Assembly: GCA_030390025.1 (NCBI GenBank)
Contig: CM059432.1
Location: 100,380,001 to 100,444,000 of the forward strand
Length of the DNA stretch: 64,000 nucleotides
Direction: 5' to 3'
Origin: Squalus acanthias
Taxonomy: Eukaryota
In this document: positions 12,844 through 26,287 of the stretch, piece by piece
Layout of the letters: each line of letters opens with the position of its first letter
Numbering within the stretch: the stretch's first letter is position 1
The notes under the pieces: model-generated
Told to the model about the DNA's origin: nothing
The model's database searches: none
What the model saw: the letters and a program-made list of their open reading frames with translations, nothing else
Program-made: the position numbers and the translations under genes

Positions 12844-13542
12844 TTATTACAGTAGTTAGTTGGAATCTAACAGACAGCACAAGAAATCTGACTTTATGTC
12901 CATAAGCAAATTAACAAACGTGGGCTGTCAAAATCCCTGCTTCATTTCAAGATGTTTATGCAAACAAAGTAAGTAGAATTGCCTCCTGACAGAATCTGAA
13001 CATGACGCATAAGGTTTTATCTCTAAAAATAGTAGTCTCGCAATTTCAAAGGAAATCAGAATACTGGAAGGTTGGTACAGACAAGTGGTTACTTTTCATT
13101 TGGACTAAAAAATTAAATATATTATAATTCTTACTGTGCCTGTCATCTTGATTCTGCCATGAAGTGATGAAATAAAGACAATAAAAGCATATTTACACGA
13201 AAGCCAGCTGCAGATCTCTCAGCAGCATCACAGCAAACGTGCTGGAGAAGGAAATGGAATGAAATCATGGTTTTCCAAACAACTGATCTTTTATAACTTG
13301 TGAGACTTAGCTCTGCACATAAATCGCTGTCCTGCTGGAAACACTAGAATGCACTATCTGAAAGGGTGGTGGAAGCAGATTCAATAATAACTTTCAAAAG
13401 GAATTGGATGAATACTTGAAGGGGTAAATTTGTAGGGCTATGGGGAAGGGGCAAGCAAATGGGACTAATTGGATAGCTCTTTCAAAGAGCCGGCACAGGC
13501 ACGATGGGCCAAAAAGCCTCCTTCTGTGCTGTATTAGTCTAT

Positions 13543-15556
13543 GGCCTAGAAATTGGAATAGGCCGGAAACCTGCTGGTGTCACCGCAGGCCAAAGTTAAC
13601 GGCTGCGCGAAATCATTGCGCAGGTAGCACTGGTATTTTGGTGCTGCCTGCTAATTGAAATTAGCCCAGCACCAAACCTGGAGTGCAAGACTGGTTTTCC
13701 GGCAGTAGTCTCTGCAGGAGGCCCAACATAGTGTGGCCGTAGTGTCCCTGGAGCAAGAGCAACGTTGTCTTAAAGCTAGCCTGTCATTTTAGAAAGTAGT
13801 TTCGGTCCCTTAAAAGGGAACTGCCTCCTAAAAGGAAAAAAACAAAAAACATTTAAAAATAGGTAGTCTTCAGCTCTTAAAGCTGAACTGCCTTTTGCAC
13901 CTAAGAAAATGGTAAACACAATTGGCTCAACAAGCCAGGGAAGGGGCACCCAGGGTCTCGCACACAGCACTTCAGCTTTGTGCAGGGGGTCAACACTGCA
14001 AGAGAGGTCCTGTACCCACAAGGGCCAGGAACAATGTTCTCCCTCAGGTGCACAGCCGCGAATCAATTTGGAGGTCCCTTGCAGCCTGCTCACAAGCTGG
14101 AAGAGATACCACGCATGCGGCCACGCAGCAGATTTAAAGGGACCACGCACGAAAAAAAAATGAGTGGGAACATTGGCCAGGCGGCCCTCTAGAAAGAATG
14201 ATGTGGGACTACATCACCGAGGCCATAACTGCCAGCAGTGTCGCCCCGACGCCCTGGCTCCAATGCCCAAACAAGCTTTATATCCTCAGACCAGTGGTCA
14301 AAAATCAGTGAATGCATCTTCAAAAGTCATCTCCTACCAACTGCACCACTAGCCTCACACACTGCTCATCGCATGACCCCCACCCCACCCACCCGCCATC
14401 ACTCACCTACCAACAATCTCTACCAATCACGAGGCACACCTCACATTCCTAGCTTCACCTCACCCCCTTGGAGGAGACGGTGCTGGCCATTCTTGGCAGG
14501 GGCATGGCTGAGCCCTTCGCCAGCGGCGGGGGTGAAAGGCTACAAGATGTTGGTATCCTCACACGTTATGCTCCTTCTCACATCCCACTTCCCCCTCATC
14601 CCACAATATCTTCTGATTTACAAAGTGCACATGGTGTAAGCATGCAGCTCCTGCTTTACCCCCCTCCCCTCACAACAACTCTACCCTTGTGCCTTCCTTA
14701 TTTCACACACACGCAACCTGCCCAGCCAGTGGTTGACCAAGAAGAGGGAAACGAGAGAGGAGAGGAGAAAGAAGAAGGAGGAGCAGAAGAAACACCGTCA
14801 CTCGATTTGACACTCCCAGAGCTCCTCAAGGACAACCAGCAAGACCATTTGCAGTGCCCCCCACTGAAAGTCAGCAGCCTTCCACCAACCATGCTGCAGC
14901 CACTGGGCTAACACTGCATGACATCAGTAGGATAGGCAAAGGCACACACAAGACAGTCACTAAGGGAATGCATAAGGGTGATGATTGATTTCTTGATGTC
15001 ATATTGGATGATATATGGATAAAGTTGGATTGGAAAGTTTGCTTTGTGGTGGCTTTTATTTCAGCATGGTGGCCAAGAGGATGCTGTGATGGTCAGTTAC
15101 AGAGGGAAGCTAAGGTGTGGAACAAATGTTGAAAGAGGAATTGGGGTTGTGGTCACTGATACCGCAGGCAGATGAAAGGGATTGTCTGGGTTGCATCCCT
15201 CCTTCCACTTCCTCCTCTTCTGTGTCCTCCTCTTCCCTTTAAGAAACGCTGACAGCGTCTCTGCAGGACTGCTTCATGCACGCTTTTCTGAGCGCGCTTA
15301 GAACCCGGCGTTAAACAGAGCGAAAAGGGCGGAGTTTGCAAATGTAACATCAAGTCGGTGTTGCATGCCGATTGATGTCACGCTCTGCTCATTTACATTT
15401 CAGGGGCCAGCGTGGTTAACGGCAGCGCTATTGCCCTTTCCAAAATGGCGGCTGCTGTGTCCCACGCCAGAGGCAGGCGGAATCAAGGCAGCCACCACTT
15501 TTTTTGCAGCAACCCAGCGGTAACAAATTTCAGCACAGGTACCGAATTTCTAGGCC
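13543..15556 (+). mobile_element. Internally deleted Harbinger with Myb/SANT-like ORF remnant
   Basis: TIRs ggcctagaaatt (13543) and aatttctaggcc (ends 15556). Fragments AREGAPRVSHTALQ / QGVNTAREVLYPQG / MWDYITEAITASSVAPTPWLQCPNKL / PLEETVLAILGRG resemble the Harbinger Myb/SANT partner protein. Confidence 0.75.
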
Positions 15557-15558
15557 TA

Positions 15559-16308
15559 GGGGGAGAAATTCCCCTCGAGCCCTGTTTGGGGCGCTAAATC
15601 AGAAAAGCTGGAAAAGTTAACGCCAGGCACTAACCTTTTCCAGCCACTCTGAAATTCCCACTTTTTGCTCCAAGAGGGAAGTGGAGCACTAAATCAAGCG
15701 ATCCACTTCCTTCTTGGAGCGCAAGAGGAGGGGAAGTTCATGACCTGGGGCGCACCCGCGGCGATGTGCTCAACAGCGCCACGAGTGGCCAAGCGTGGTG
15801 CTGCCGCGTTGCAGGGGCTCTTCCCTGAATTAAAGGGAAGGACCCCACGCAGCGAACTCTGCAGTTTTTTTTAAACTTACCTGGACCACCGGGAAGTGGG
15901 GGTGCCGCGCGATCAGCCCGGCACTCAAGTAGAGTTCTGGGTTCCCGATCGCGGCACGGACCCTGCATCCGGAGGCGGAATAAAAAGCTTTTTAAAAATC
16001 CGACTTTTTTTCAGGGCAGCCGGCCACCTCACCTTTAACTTCCGCCCTGCTAGTGGCCGTCTGCCCTGCTCGCGTCCCTTGCAGAAGTCGCTGCTATCGC
16101 CCGATGCTGCTGCAGGGGGCGAAGGGGAATTTTTGTGCCAGGCCGCTACCGGGGCGATGCGCCCGGAGATGACGTCATGATCTCCGGGCGCATGTGATCG
16201 GGGCGCAACACGGTAGCGCCGCCGCTAACCTCCCGGCAAAAAGGCCTTTGTACCCCATTAGCGCCCCCCCCCCCCACGGGAGGCGCAAAGGAGGGGAATT
16301 TCTCCCCC
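15559..16308. mobile_element. GC-rich Harbinger-like MITE abutting the previous element
   Basis: Perfect 18-bp TIR gggggagaaattcccctc (15559-15576) / gaggggaatttctccccc (16291-16308), with TA on both flanks; CpG-rich. Confidence 0.85.
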
Positions 16309-18111
16309 TAAATGTTTCTCCATAGATGGAGAAAGGGAGGAAAAATGAAAAGGAGAAGCATCTTTTGACCATTGTCATGTATCTTACAGCTGTTGAGCAT
16401 AGATTATATGAACACAACAACTTACAGTTATAGTGCCTTTAATGTAGTTTAACGTCCCAAGGCACTTCACAGGAGTGTAACCACTAGTCATCAGTTTACC
16501 CATTTGACCTTTGGAACTCCAGGGAAAGGCTTTAAAACAAAGTGTCACCCTAAATAAAGTATCCTTTATATATTGGAGAGTGGCAAGAGAGAAATAAAAA
16601 AGGAATGTGATGTATATTGGTTAAAAACACCTATTTTGGAAATAATATAAAAGCATGTTATATTCATTCCAGTCTTTGAACCTACAATCCGATGCATAGC
16701 AAGTTTCAAATGTAGTCTCCTAATCACTGAGCTATGCTGACAGATGTGATTGGTGTGGCATTTATAGTGTATTTATAGGAGGCATCCTTTGAAAGATTAT
16801 CAGTTTTTATCTTGAGTTTGAGTGACCTCATATAGAACTGGGATATTCCTGTTTAATATTCCTCTCTCTGGGCAGTGTCATAACAAGTTGACTCATTTCA
16901 CAGTGGAATATATGGGCTATTCAAATCCGTTAAGTATGAGTTTTACTGTGTAATTAATGCAGATTCTTATTCAGTCTATGTTCATGTTCACACAATCTAT
17001 ACTTTTTGCTAAATGTTTGAGGGATTCATTCACCAGACTACTCGTTCCTTCTACTGACTATTTGTCCTAACATTGCTGCAGATAAAGTTCATTTTTTTTG
17101 AAATATTGAAGCAATTACTTTAAATTTGCATGTCTATATCTATATTTTGTAAATATTGTGGTCATCACTTTTGAAAGACTTAACTGAAGAATACCTGTTG
17201 AAATGCATTTCATATTAGCCTAATTGATTGACTAGGATTGCTGTGTTGTTAAAGCATCAGGCTTGTTTACCTGAAATTACTTCATTTCCTCCCAAGTGGT
17301 GTTGCATCTGAGATGAGAATTCAACAGTGCAGGTGAACTGGGGCACACAATCAGTTGTGGCATGAGGATAATTACAGGACTTATACTGTAAAGTTATGGA
17401 CAGGCTCACAGAACGGAGGTTTCTCAATAGGGGAAATATTTACAGGAGAGATGAACCAGGTTTTTAAAATACTGAGAGAAATGGATAATCAAAATGCAAC
17501 CAAATTATTTAACTTGGAGATGATGAACACAGACCTAGATGACATTACTATATTACCAAGTAAACTTACATTAAAAGGGATTTTTTTTCACCGCAGTCAT
17601 AGATATTTACTTCCCACCCATCTCCCTCCTGTCCCTCCTCCTGTCAACCCCTCCATTTCCTTTTCCCCTCTCCCCTTTCTGTACTCCCTACTTCTCACCT
17701 CCTTTGGACTTCCCCTCCCTTCCCACACTCTCCTCCGCACGCTCCTCATCTCTCCTCCCCATTCCTCCTCTCCCCTCTCTTCCCTTTTCAAAGTTGAAAT
17801 ACTGCTCTTTAGAGGGTTTCCCGATATTGAATACATGTTCTGTGGGAGGAGGGAGGTCCTGATGTTGAATACTTGCTCACTGGAGGGATGTTTGAAAATT
17901 GCTCAATGTGAGGAGGGGCGAGGTCTGATGTTACACTGCTGCTTGGGGCGGGGGTGGGGCGGATCTTGCAATGCTGCACAGTGAATGGGGATTTGAATTT
18001 GGGTAGAGAGTGAGGTAAGGGGAGGGGGTTAGAGGGAGAAAAGAAAAGAGGAGAGAGAATAAAGAGATAGAGAAGAAGAGATAAGGTGATAGAGAGAGTA
18101 AGAGAGGAGAT

Positions 18112-19210
18112 TAGAGTCATAGAGTTATACAGCACAGAAAGAGGCCCTTCGGCCCATCGTGTCTGCGTCGGCCATCAAGCCCTGTCTATTCTAATCCCAT
18201 TTTCCAGCACTTGGTCCGTAGCCTTGTATGCTATGGCATTTCAAGTGCTCATCTAAATGCTTCTTGAATGTTGTGAGGGTTCCTGCCTCTACCACCCTTT
18301 CAGGCAGTGAGTTCCAGATTCCAACCACCCTCTGGGTGAAAAAGTTTTTCCTCAAATCCCCTCTAAAGCTCCTGCCCCTTATCTTGAAACTATGCCCCCT
18401 GGTTATTGACCCCTCTACTAAGGGGAAAAGTTCCTTTCTGTCTACCCTATCTATGTCCCTCATAATTTTGTACACCTCAATCAGGTCCCCCCTCAGCCTT
18501 CTCTGCTCTAAGGAAAACAACCCTAGCCTGTCCAGTCTCTCTTCATAGCTGAAGCGCTCCAGCCCAGGTAACATCCTGGTGAATCTCCTCTGCACCCTCT
18601 CCAGTGCAATCACATCCTTCCTATAGTGTGGCGACCAGAACTGCACACAGTATTCCAGCTGTGGCCTAACTAGCGTTTTGTACAGCTCCATCATAACCTC
18701 CCTGCTCTTATATTCTATGCCTCGGCTAATGAAGGCAAGTATCTCATATGCCCTTTTAACCACCTTATCTACCTGTCCTGCTGCCTTCAGGGATCTATGT
18801 ACATGCACACCAAGGTCCCTCTGATCCTCTGTCCTTCCTAGGGTCCTACCATTCATTGTGTATTCCCTTGCCTTGTTAGTTCTCCCAAAGTGCATCACCT
18901 CACACTTTTCAGGGTTAAATTCCATTTGCCACTGTTCTGCCCATCTGACCAACCCGTCTATATCGTCCTGTAGCCTGAGGCTTCCCTCCTCGCTATTTAC
19001 CACTCCACCAATTTTCGTGTCATCTGCGAACTTACTGATCATACTTCCTACATTCATATCTAAATCATTAATGTGCACTACAAACAGCAAGGCACCCAGC
19101 ACCGATCCCTGCGGTACACCACTGGACACAGGCTTCCAGTCACAAAAACAACCTTCGACCATCACCCTCTGCCTCCTGCCACTAAGCCAATTTTGGATCC
19201 AATGTGCCAA
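18112..19210 (-). mobile_element. Young 5'-truncated CR1 LINE
   Basis: Stop-free ~340 aa: WIQNWLSGRRQRV, GVPQGSVLG, KFADDTK, RDLGV, RPQLEYCVQFWSP, RLRGDLIEVYK, WNSLP; 3' UTR gggccgaagggcctc…ctgtataactctatgactcta. Confidence 0.95.
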
Positions 19211-20329
19211 GCAGTAGGAAGGAGAAGGGGTATGCGAGAGGGAAAAACATGGAGGAGATAGGGAGATAAGGGGAGGAGAGAAAAAGGAGAGAGGAAATGA
19301 GAGGAGAGGAAGGGAGGCGAGGGGGAGAGGGAGAGGAGAGTGGGGCTGGGAGCAGAAGAATGAGAGGAGAGAGTAGAAAAGAGAGGAATAGGGGAGGCGT
19401 GAGGAGAGGCCAAAAGAGACCCAGTGGGAGGTTGAGTAGGACAAAACATTCCTCAATAGGGGATCAAGAGATGCTCCATAATAGGGGAGAGGCTAAATTC
19501 TAAGAGGCAAATTCCTGGGGGAATCCTGTTAAATGTGGGGGGTGGTTAGAGGATGCTGAAATGTTCCTTCGCTGAGGTGGGCCGGGGTTCAATAGATTTG
19601 TACTCTATTTCGGTTGAATGAGAGTTTGCTGCTCAGTGAGATGGAAGGGAGATTGGAATGTTGCTATTCAGTTATTTGGGGTGGGGCTGAGGAATTCCAG
19701 TGCAGTTATTTAATCTGAGCTACAGTATAAATGACCTGTTTGGGGGATTGGGTGCAGTGCAGGGTTCAGCTTTTGTTCTAGTCATGTGCTTCATCTGAGT
19801 GTGCTTGTTTTACTGATTGGCTGGTAATTGTTCCAGGGTTTCAGTGCTCCAAAGGAAAACTTCACTGTGGTGACTCCCAAGATTTCCATAATTTCAGCTA
19901 GGTGTTTTAAACACACGAGTCCCGATGTCAATGTTGGAGAGTTTCTGAGGTCACTTGATGATAATTTATTGTAGATAAAGAGGATTACTGGTACTCCTAA
20001 ATTTGTGAAGCGGCGGTGGGGGAGTTCCACTTTAAAAAATAACTTCATATATCAGGAAGAAAAATTGCCTAAATCAGATAGCGAGATAGAATTTTTGACC
20101 AGCACTCTTCCTTTATGATTACTTAACATGTTCATACTAACATCATCTGGCTGCTTTTTTAATGTGGTTTCCAGGACTGAGAGGGCAAAAGGAGAGCAGC
20201 TGGACAGTACATAAACAGCAAAGGATAAATGTTCGTAAAACATAAAAAGTATCTGGTCCAAAAAAGCTTGCACCCTCAAATGTTAAAGGAGTTGGGGATG
20301 GGGACAGTAATCAGTAGAGCTATAAGTGA

Positions 20330-22320
20330 CATTTTTGTTAGTTTGCTAAATTCAGGAGAGATTCCTGAAGATAAGAAAACAGCTAACTTAAACTTTATTA
20401 TTTACTGAAAGGTCAGTCTATCTGGAAAGTTCAGAATAGTAATCTTAACATCTGTTCCAGGGAAAGTCTTTGAAACAATTTTTGGAGATCTAGAGGGTGA
20501 CCATTTGAACAATTATACATTTTTAAAGAGTAGTCCCTAACCCAGAGGTGCTGAGGCCAATGGTCATGATCCTATAGCTGAGACCAGCACAGACTGAGGA
20601 TCAAATTTAGAACCTCCCCAGTCTATTGGCTCAACTACTTACTGCCTTAACCATCTAAGCCATTGTGGGGAGCTGGAGAAGTCATGTTGAACTAACCTGC
20701 TGGAATTTTTTTGAAGACATTACTAACATGATGGAATACAGTTGATATATGCTTAGAATTTCAGAAACAGTTTTTCAAGATTCTACATTGGCAATTAATG
20801 GCTAGGGTAAAAAGTCATGAAATAGGAGTTAAAACAAATATAAATTTGGGTAAAAAATGGGAAAGAATAGTTAGCCATAAATGGGCCAACAATTTCATGC
20901 TCCTATACAATTAGAGCTTCAAGACTGTGATCGATAGATTTTTGTTAGGTAAAGGTATCAGAGATATGGAACTAAGCAGGGTACAGATCAGCCATGATCT
21001 AATTGAATGGCAGAGCAGGCTCGAGGGGCTGAATGGCCTACTCCTGTTCCTTTATTTCTAAATTCCTTCAAAAAAAATAGCTGAGCAACACAAACCAAGA
21101 AGGTCCCAGCTTTGATCCCCAGTACATGCTGATCTTAGTCAAGGTGAAATAAAAGGTACAACTCAGGGTAAAATGTGTTAAGGTTTACGATCCAGATATC
21201 CATATGCAAGTGGATATCGGATGAAGACTAGATCAAGCTCAGTTGTGATGCCCCTGTGGTGGACCAGCTTGCTGACATTCACTGACTGGGCTCACAGTTA
21301 CTCTGGCAAGGTATTAATGATCGGCTAGCGTCCATGGAACAACACCCCACTGATGAGTCAACATCCTTTAACAGAGGAGGGCAAGAAAGAAATATTGGTG
21401 TTGAAAAAGATAAGAGGCAGGGAAATGAGGAAGAATGCAGCAGATTTCTAAGAATTCACCTTTTATCTATCTGGATCAATAGATTCCAGATGCAGTGCAA
21501 TGTTGATAAGTATGTATTAAATGGAACAAGGTGTGTAACAACCTGATGGGGAAAGAGATCTAGCAGTTATAGTGGATAAATCTATAAAACTGTCAGCACA
21601 TGATTAAAAGAAAATCAAACAAAATACTGTGTTCCATTAGCACAGGAAAAGAGCATAAATCAAATCTAAATTCCTTGAGTACCCAGCAATCCGGATACCA
21701 TAAAGAAACCGGTTGGATGGGTGCAAGTGTGGTCCATCTGTCCAGGTCTGGGTCTTGGTCTGGACACTCCAGACATCTGCCAGAAGCAGCATGTCAAATT
21801 TGCCCTTCTATATAAAAGGCCAACTGCCAATAAGTAAGAAAAAACGTTTAAGTCAGTACAGCTCATCCCCCCCCCTGCCGCCCCGCCCCGCCCCCCCGGC
21901 ACATTACTGTCAGGCACCACATCTTCCTCCTGCGCCGCCCCCCCGCCCCACCCTTAGCAGGTAGTCAAGTTGTGTCCATTCTGGCATGGGTGCTTGCCGA
22001 ATATATCTAAAATTGATGACCCTGCCCTGACCTCAGATACTGTGGCTGGGTCAGGAGCAAAGGGGATCTGGGGATTTTGGGCTCCACTGTATTTTTACTG
22101 TATAATACATTGATCAGAGGCCAAAAAGGGAGTACTGTGGAATACTGGTCACTTAGTCAGTGGAAGGATTTTATTGCTTTTAAGAGGGTACAGTGGTGAG
22201 TAACAAAAATCATTCCAGGTAATGGGAATTTCAATTATGAGAAAAGGTTAAGAAAGTTGGGCCTGTTTTTCAGGAAAATCTTATTGAAGTTTGAAAAATT
22301 ATGAATGGATTTGATAATAA
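20330..22320 (+). mobile_element. Ancient, fragmented CR1 ORF2 interrupted by younger inserts
   Basis: Collinear decayed motifs: IPED..TAN (20360), LTSVPGKV (20445), KSC.TNLLEFF (20678), QMQ.NVDK (21487), ERDL.VIVDKS (21551), EYC… and …RVQ..VTKII (22130-22220). Confidence 0.6.
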
Positions 22321-24315
22321 TGATTGACAGACTGGCCAGCTGTCGGGCGGGAAGGTCGAAGGTAGAAGGCCGCACCCAGGGACCTGATAGGGGGGGAGAG
22401 ATCGCAGGTTGGCATCAGATCGTGGGTTGGGGGGGGGGGGGGGGGGAAAATCGTATTGGATTGTGGGCCGGGGTGGGGGGGGAGCTTTGGGAAGGAGGCA
22501 GGTTAGCCTGGGGGACCTGGGGGAAGCACTGCTGCTCCTCCTGGTCCACAAGCAGTGCTGGAAAAGTGCTTAACTGCTGCTGCCGGCAGTTCTCACCTCT
22601 CTTCAAATCACACAAACACGGCCAAAAATGATGAAATTGAACAACTTAAGTGTTTAATGCTAGCTTAAACGGTCATTAAATCTCTAAAAAAGGCTGTCTC
22701 TTTCCATTCTTCTGCTCCATCCTCCTGACATAGTGTACTATGCCTGTTATATCTCTCCATTCGTATTCTGATTATAGCTCCAGTCACTGTGGGCTGCTGG
22801 ATCTTTACCATTCAGCTCCAGATAATCATGCAAGTCAATACCCTGAAAGATATGGTTGTCTAGCTGGACACGCAGCAGGAGCTTATCAGTAGCCTGTACT
22901 AATAAGCTGCACATTTTTAGTTTGCTCAACTCCAGCAATACCCCTGCATATACATGGGTGCCTCAAAGCAACTGGTTCTGTTAATCTGAACGCAAGTTCT
23001 CCTGATTTATGTACACAGGGTGTGTTCCTATATGGAGACAGTGTGCACTCTGCAGTGGAAAACAGAAACTCTGTGGCTCAGTGACAGATGGGCGGGGGAG
23101 TGGTGAGGATGAGGCATAATCTTAGCAGTTATCCTGAGAGCTTGACGCAGACCTCGCCACAGTTTGCAGGGCCTGAAGGAATGGAATTTCAGTAGTATGG
23201 TGCACATTGTGCGGAGCATAAACACCGGCACAGACCAGTTGGGCCGAATGACTTGTTTCTATGCTGTAAATTCTATGTAAACCCTGCCCTTGTTTACATC
23301 AATGCCCTTTTGGGAAGAGCGGGGGTAGAGACCATCACAGAACCTCTCACTTAAGGCCGGGTCCCAACCAATTTTGCCGTTGATTTGATAGATCCCCGTC
23401 ACACCAATGGCAGGAATCAGCCGGAATGGCCATGCAATTTTGGGGCCAATATGTTCACAAGGCTCTCGCTGCTTGGTTTGGACACTTTTTAAACATGATA
23501 AGGTCATGAAAGGCACTATAGAAATGCAAGTTCTTTCTTTCATCGGTGTTCGACAACCAAGTGAGTAAAAAAAAAATTCCAATACTGCCAATGGAGTTCC
23601 ACTTTACTTGTACAAATGAGCCACAGAATACTTCTCAGCTTCTTAAGTGTTGTGAAAACACAGTATTTACAATGCAGCCAGTTGATGTGGGGAATGGGAG
23701 AGAATCACCAGGAGCAACAACTGGGTAATGGAAAACAAAGACATTGATACCAGGTGGGAGAGATTACAAGATAAATATAGAAAAAGGAGACTATTCAACA
23801 CATCCAGAAAAAATAATTACAGTCCTCCCCATCAACTAGCTTTTGAATGAATCGATAGTTTTCATATTCTTCTTCTTCTGTATGGTAGTAGCAAAGCAAA
23901 TCAAATGTCAATATCTAAGTTGGATAGGTTTTCATGTTCACAACCTTACTCACAGATCATTCCATGAAAAGATTCTTCCTGACATTAGTTTTACCTTCCA
24001 TGCTTTATTCTACTTTGAAACTCTGTAGTTACTTTCTCTATGCCATTAAATACTTTATATACTTCTATAAGGTTCCTCTCAGACACCTCCTTACAAAGCT
24101 AAAAAAGACCTATTTTCTCCATCTTTCATCATAACCCCCTCTTATGCTGGTGATTGGCCTCATTGCTTGCTGGACACTGCCTCTACAAACATTTCATTGT
24201 GTCTTGGCAATGAAAGCGTACACAGTACTCAAGATGTGGTCTGACCAGCACACTGTACAGTTTTAATATTCAGAGCGAACACATTTTATTGGTACTCAAA
24301 GTTTCAAAAACACCT

Positions 24316-24493
24316 GGGGGTAGAATTTCCACAGATGTTCTTCCAATCTCCCACTGTAACTTTGACGGGAGATCAGCGGAACCCCTGGAGAAATGGTGTA
24401 AATGGCCTTTGTGCCATTTCACCCGAGTATCTGTTGAGCTTCCACTAAAGCAAGGCAGGAAATTGGCAGAACCTCCACGGAAATTCTACCACC
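24316..24493. mobile_element. Short fold-back MITE
   Basis: Termini ggggtagaatttcc / ggaaattctaccacc with partially self-complementary interior; a related copy appears at ~28757-28900. Confidence 0.7.
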
Positions 24494-25498
24494 TTGTTTT
24501 TTTGCACACAAGATAAAAGACAGTAAAACAGAGACAGAATGAAAAATTAAAACCAGAGATTCAAATACAGAAAAATGCATTGTACCTGTATTCTGTGCAT
24601 ATTTTATATACTCCTTTATACATTTCAATAATTAATATATGAATTTCATTATACGGGTACGCAATTCCATCTTTGACGTTTGTGGCTGCAGATGTAAACA
24701 TTTTACAGTCCCTGATTGCTCCTTCACCATTGCTTTAGCTGCCAACCTATCTCCCCTGTGACTGCTTCAGAGATCAAAATAAAACAAAATCTGAAAATAG
24801 CATAAGAGGAAGGCCATGCAACTGATATTTCTCTGATGAAATCCCTTCAACGATATGATAAAACTGCAATCATATTTCCCCAATAAGTCATTAAAAAACT
24901 TGCACAATTCCAGGCTGACCATAATTGCAATTGTAAAGCCATCAAAAATTGACAATTGCAGCAACATTAAAGTGGTAAATGGATCTGTAATGCTAAAAAC
25001 TCTTGGAAATTAGCTCTGTCAAGACATCATCCAGCAGTGGTAAAAGGGATGGCTTGAATTAAATACAATCCTCTACTTTCATTTTTATCAGGCAGTAGGT
25101 ATTTATCTGCAATGACCTTTCAACATGGTGTGAATTTCCAGAATGTTCGACTGAAAAATGTACATGAAATGTCCATGTTGCTAATTATGCATGGTGATTT
25201 ATAATTTACTAGCGTCCCATGTTGTGATGACACAATGAAATGGAGTTAGATATTTCCCCACAGTCCAACTTAAGTGAAATATCTTTGTATATTGTGATTT
25301 GTAGTTTCTCTGACAGTAACTACAGCCCCATCATCGAACCCAGTAACACCCTCTGCATGCTCCAGAATGAATGGTGACAATCAAAAACATGGCATGCCCA
25401 CTGTATTGAGTAAACTGAGGTTGAAACCATTCAATGCTGACTGAAAGTTCAGTGTTGGTAGTATCTCTCATTATAGACAGTACATATATTAGTCATAC

Positions 25499-25672
25499 CG
25501 GAACAGTGAGGCATGGAGCCACTCCAATGTCCATTCATCTGGCAGGTACGCATTGATGGGCCAATAAGCAGCCTTTTGCCAACACAGGAGTAGTGAATAG
25601 TTGCCCCAAATGTGTATTTATCACCAGACAAAATTGCATTTGGAGGAATGCCAGGATGGCCACAGTCAACCA
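25499..25672 (-). CDS. CSMD3: CSMD3 coding exon, sushi domain (174 nt)
   Basis: Acceptor aaatAG, donor GTatga. VDCGHPGIPPNAILSGDKYTFGATIHYSCVGKRLLIGPSMRTCQMNGHWSGSMPHCS. Confidence 0.95.
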
Positions 25673-26101
25673 CTATTTGAAAGAGATAACAAAACAAGAC
25701 ATAAATTCCCCTGATTTACTTTGTTACATGCTAAAAATACAAAGTCTATGCTTGCAGTCATAAGACAGGTTACTTGCTGAAACATAAAAGATTTCAGCCT
25801 AGAAATTATTGTCTGTGATGTTAGCTTATGAATGCTTAACACATTTGTATGATATTCCTCTGTCAGCTTACTTAACAAAGGGATCATCCAGTTTAACATT
25901 CCCATTAAAACAGCTGACAAATAAAATGTTATATGAATGCATTAAGTGTTTATAAGCTAACGTTGCCAACAGTCATATCTAGGCTTCCATAATCTAAATA
26001 CAATCAATGGAAATATAGAGTGATTTACCACAGAAAGTGTTTGTTATTTATTTAATTTTACCACATTAAATAAGATATACAGACAAATAAAACATACATA
26101 C

Positions 26102-26287
26102 ATGAACATTCATGCAGGGGCTTATCCCAGTACCCGTTGGACTGGCAAGTAAGCACTGAAGATCCAAACAAAAAATATCCAGGGTTGCAGTCATAGAATA
26201 CCATCGAGCCAAAGGTGAAGTTTCCATATTCTATCTTACTTTCCCGGATGGAATTTGCAGGAATTCCAGGATCAGAACAGTTCACCA
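26102..26287 (-). CDS. CSMD3: CSMD3 coding exon, sushi domain (186 nt)
   Basis: Acceptor ggttAG, donor GTatgt. (V)VNCSDPGIPANSIRESKIEYGNFTFGSMVFYDCNPGYFLFGSSVLTCQSNGYWDKPLHECS. Confidence 0.95.

Noticed and set aside
17355..17984. 209-aa ORF, and the N-terminal ~80 aa of ORF 18191-19456
   Set aside because: Read-through across decayed CR1-like and low-complexity purine/pyrimidine sequence; no coherent domain.
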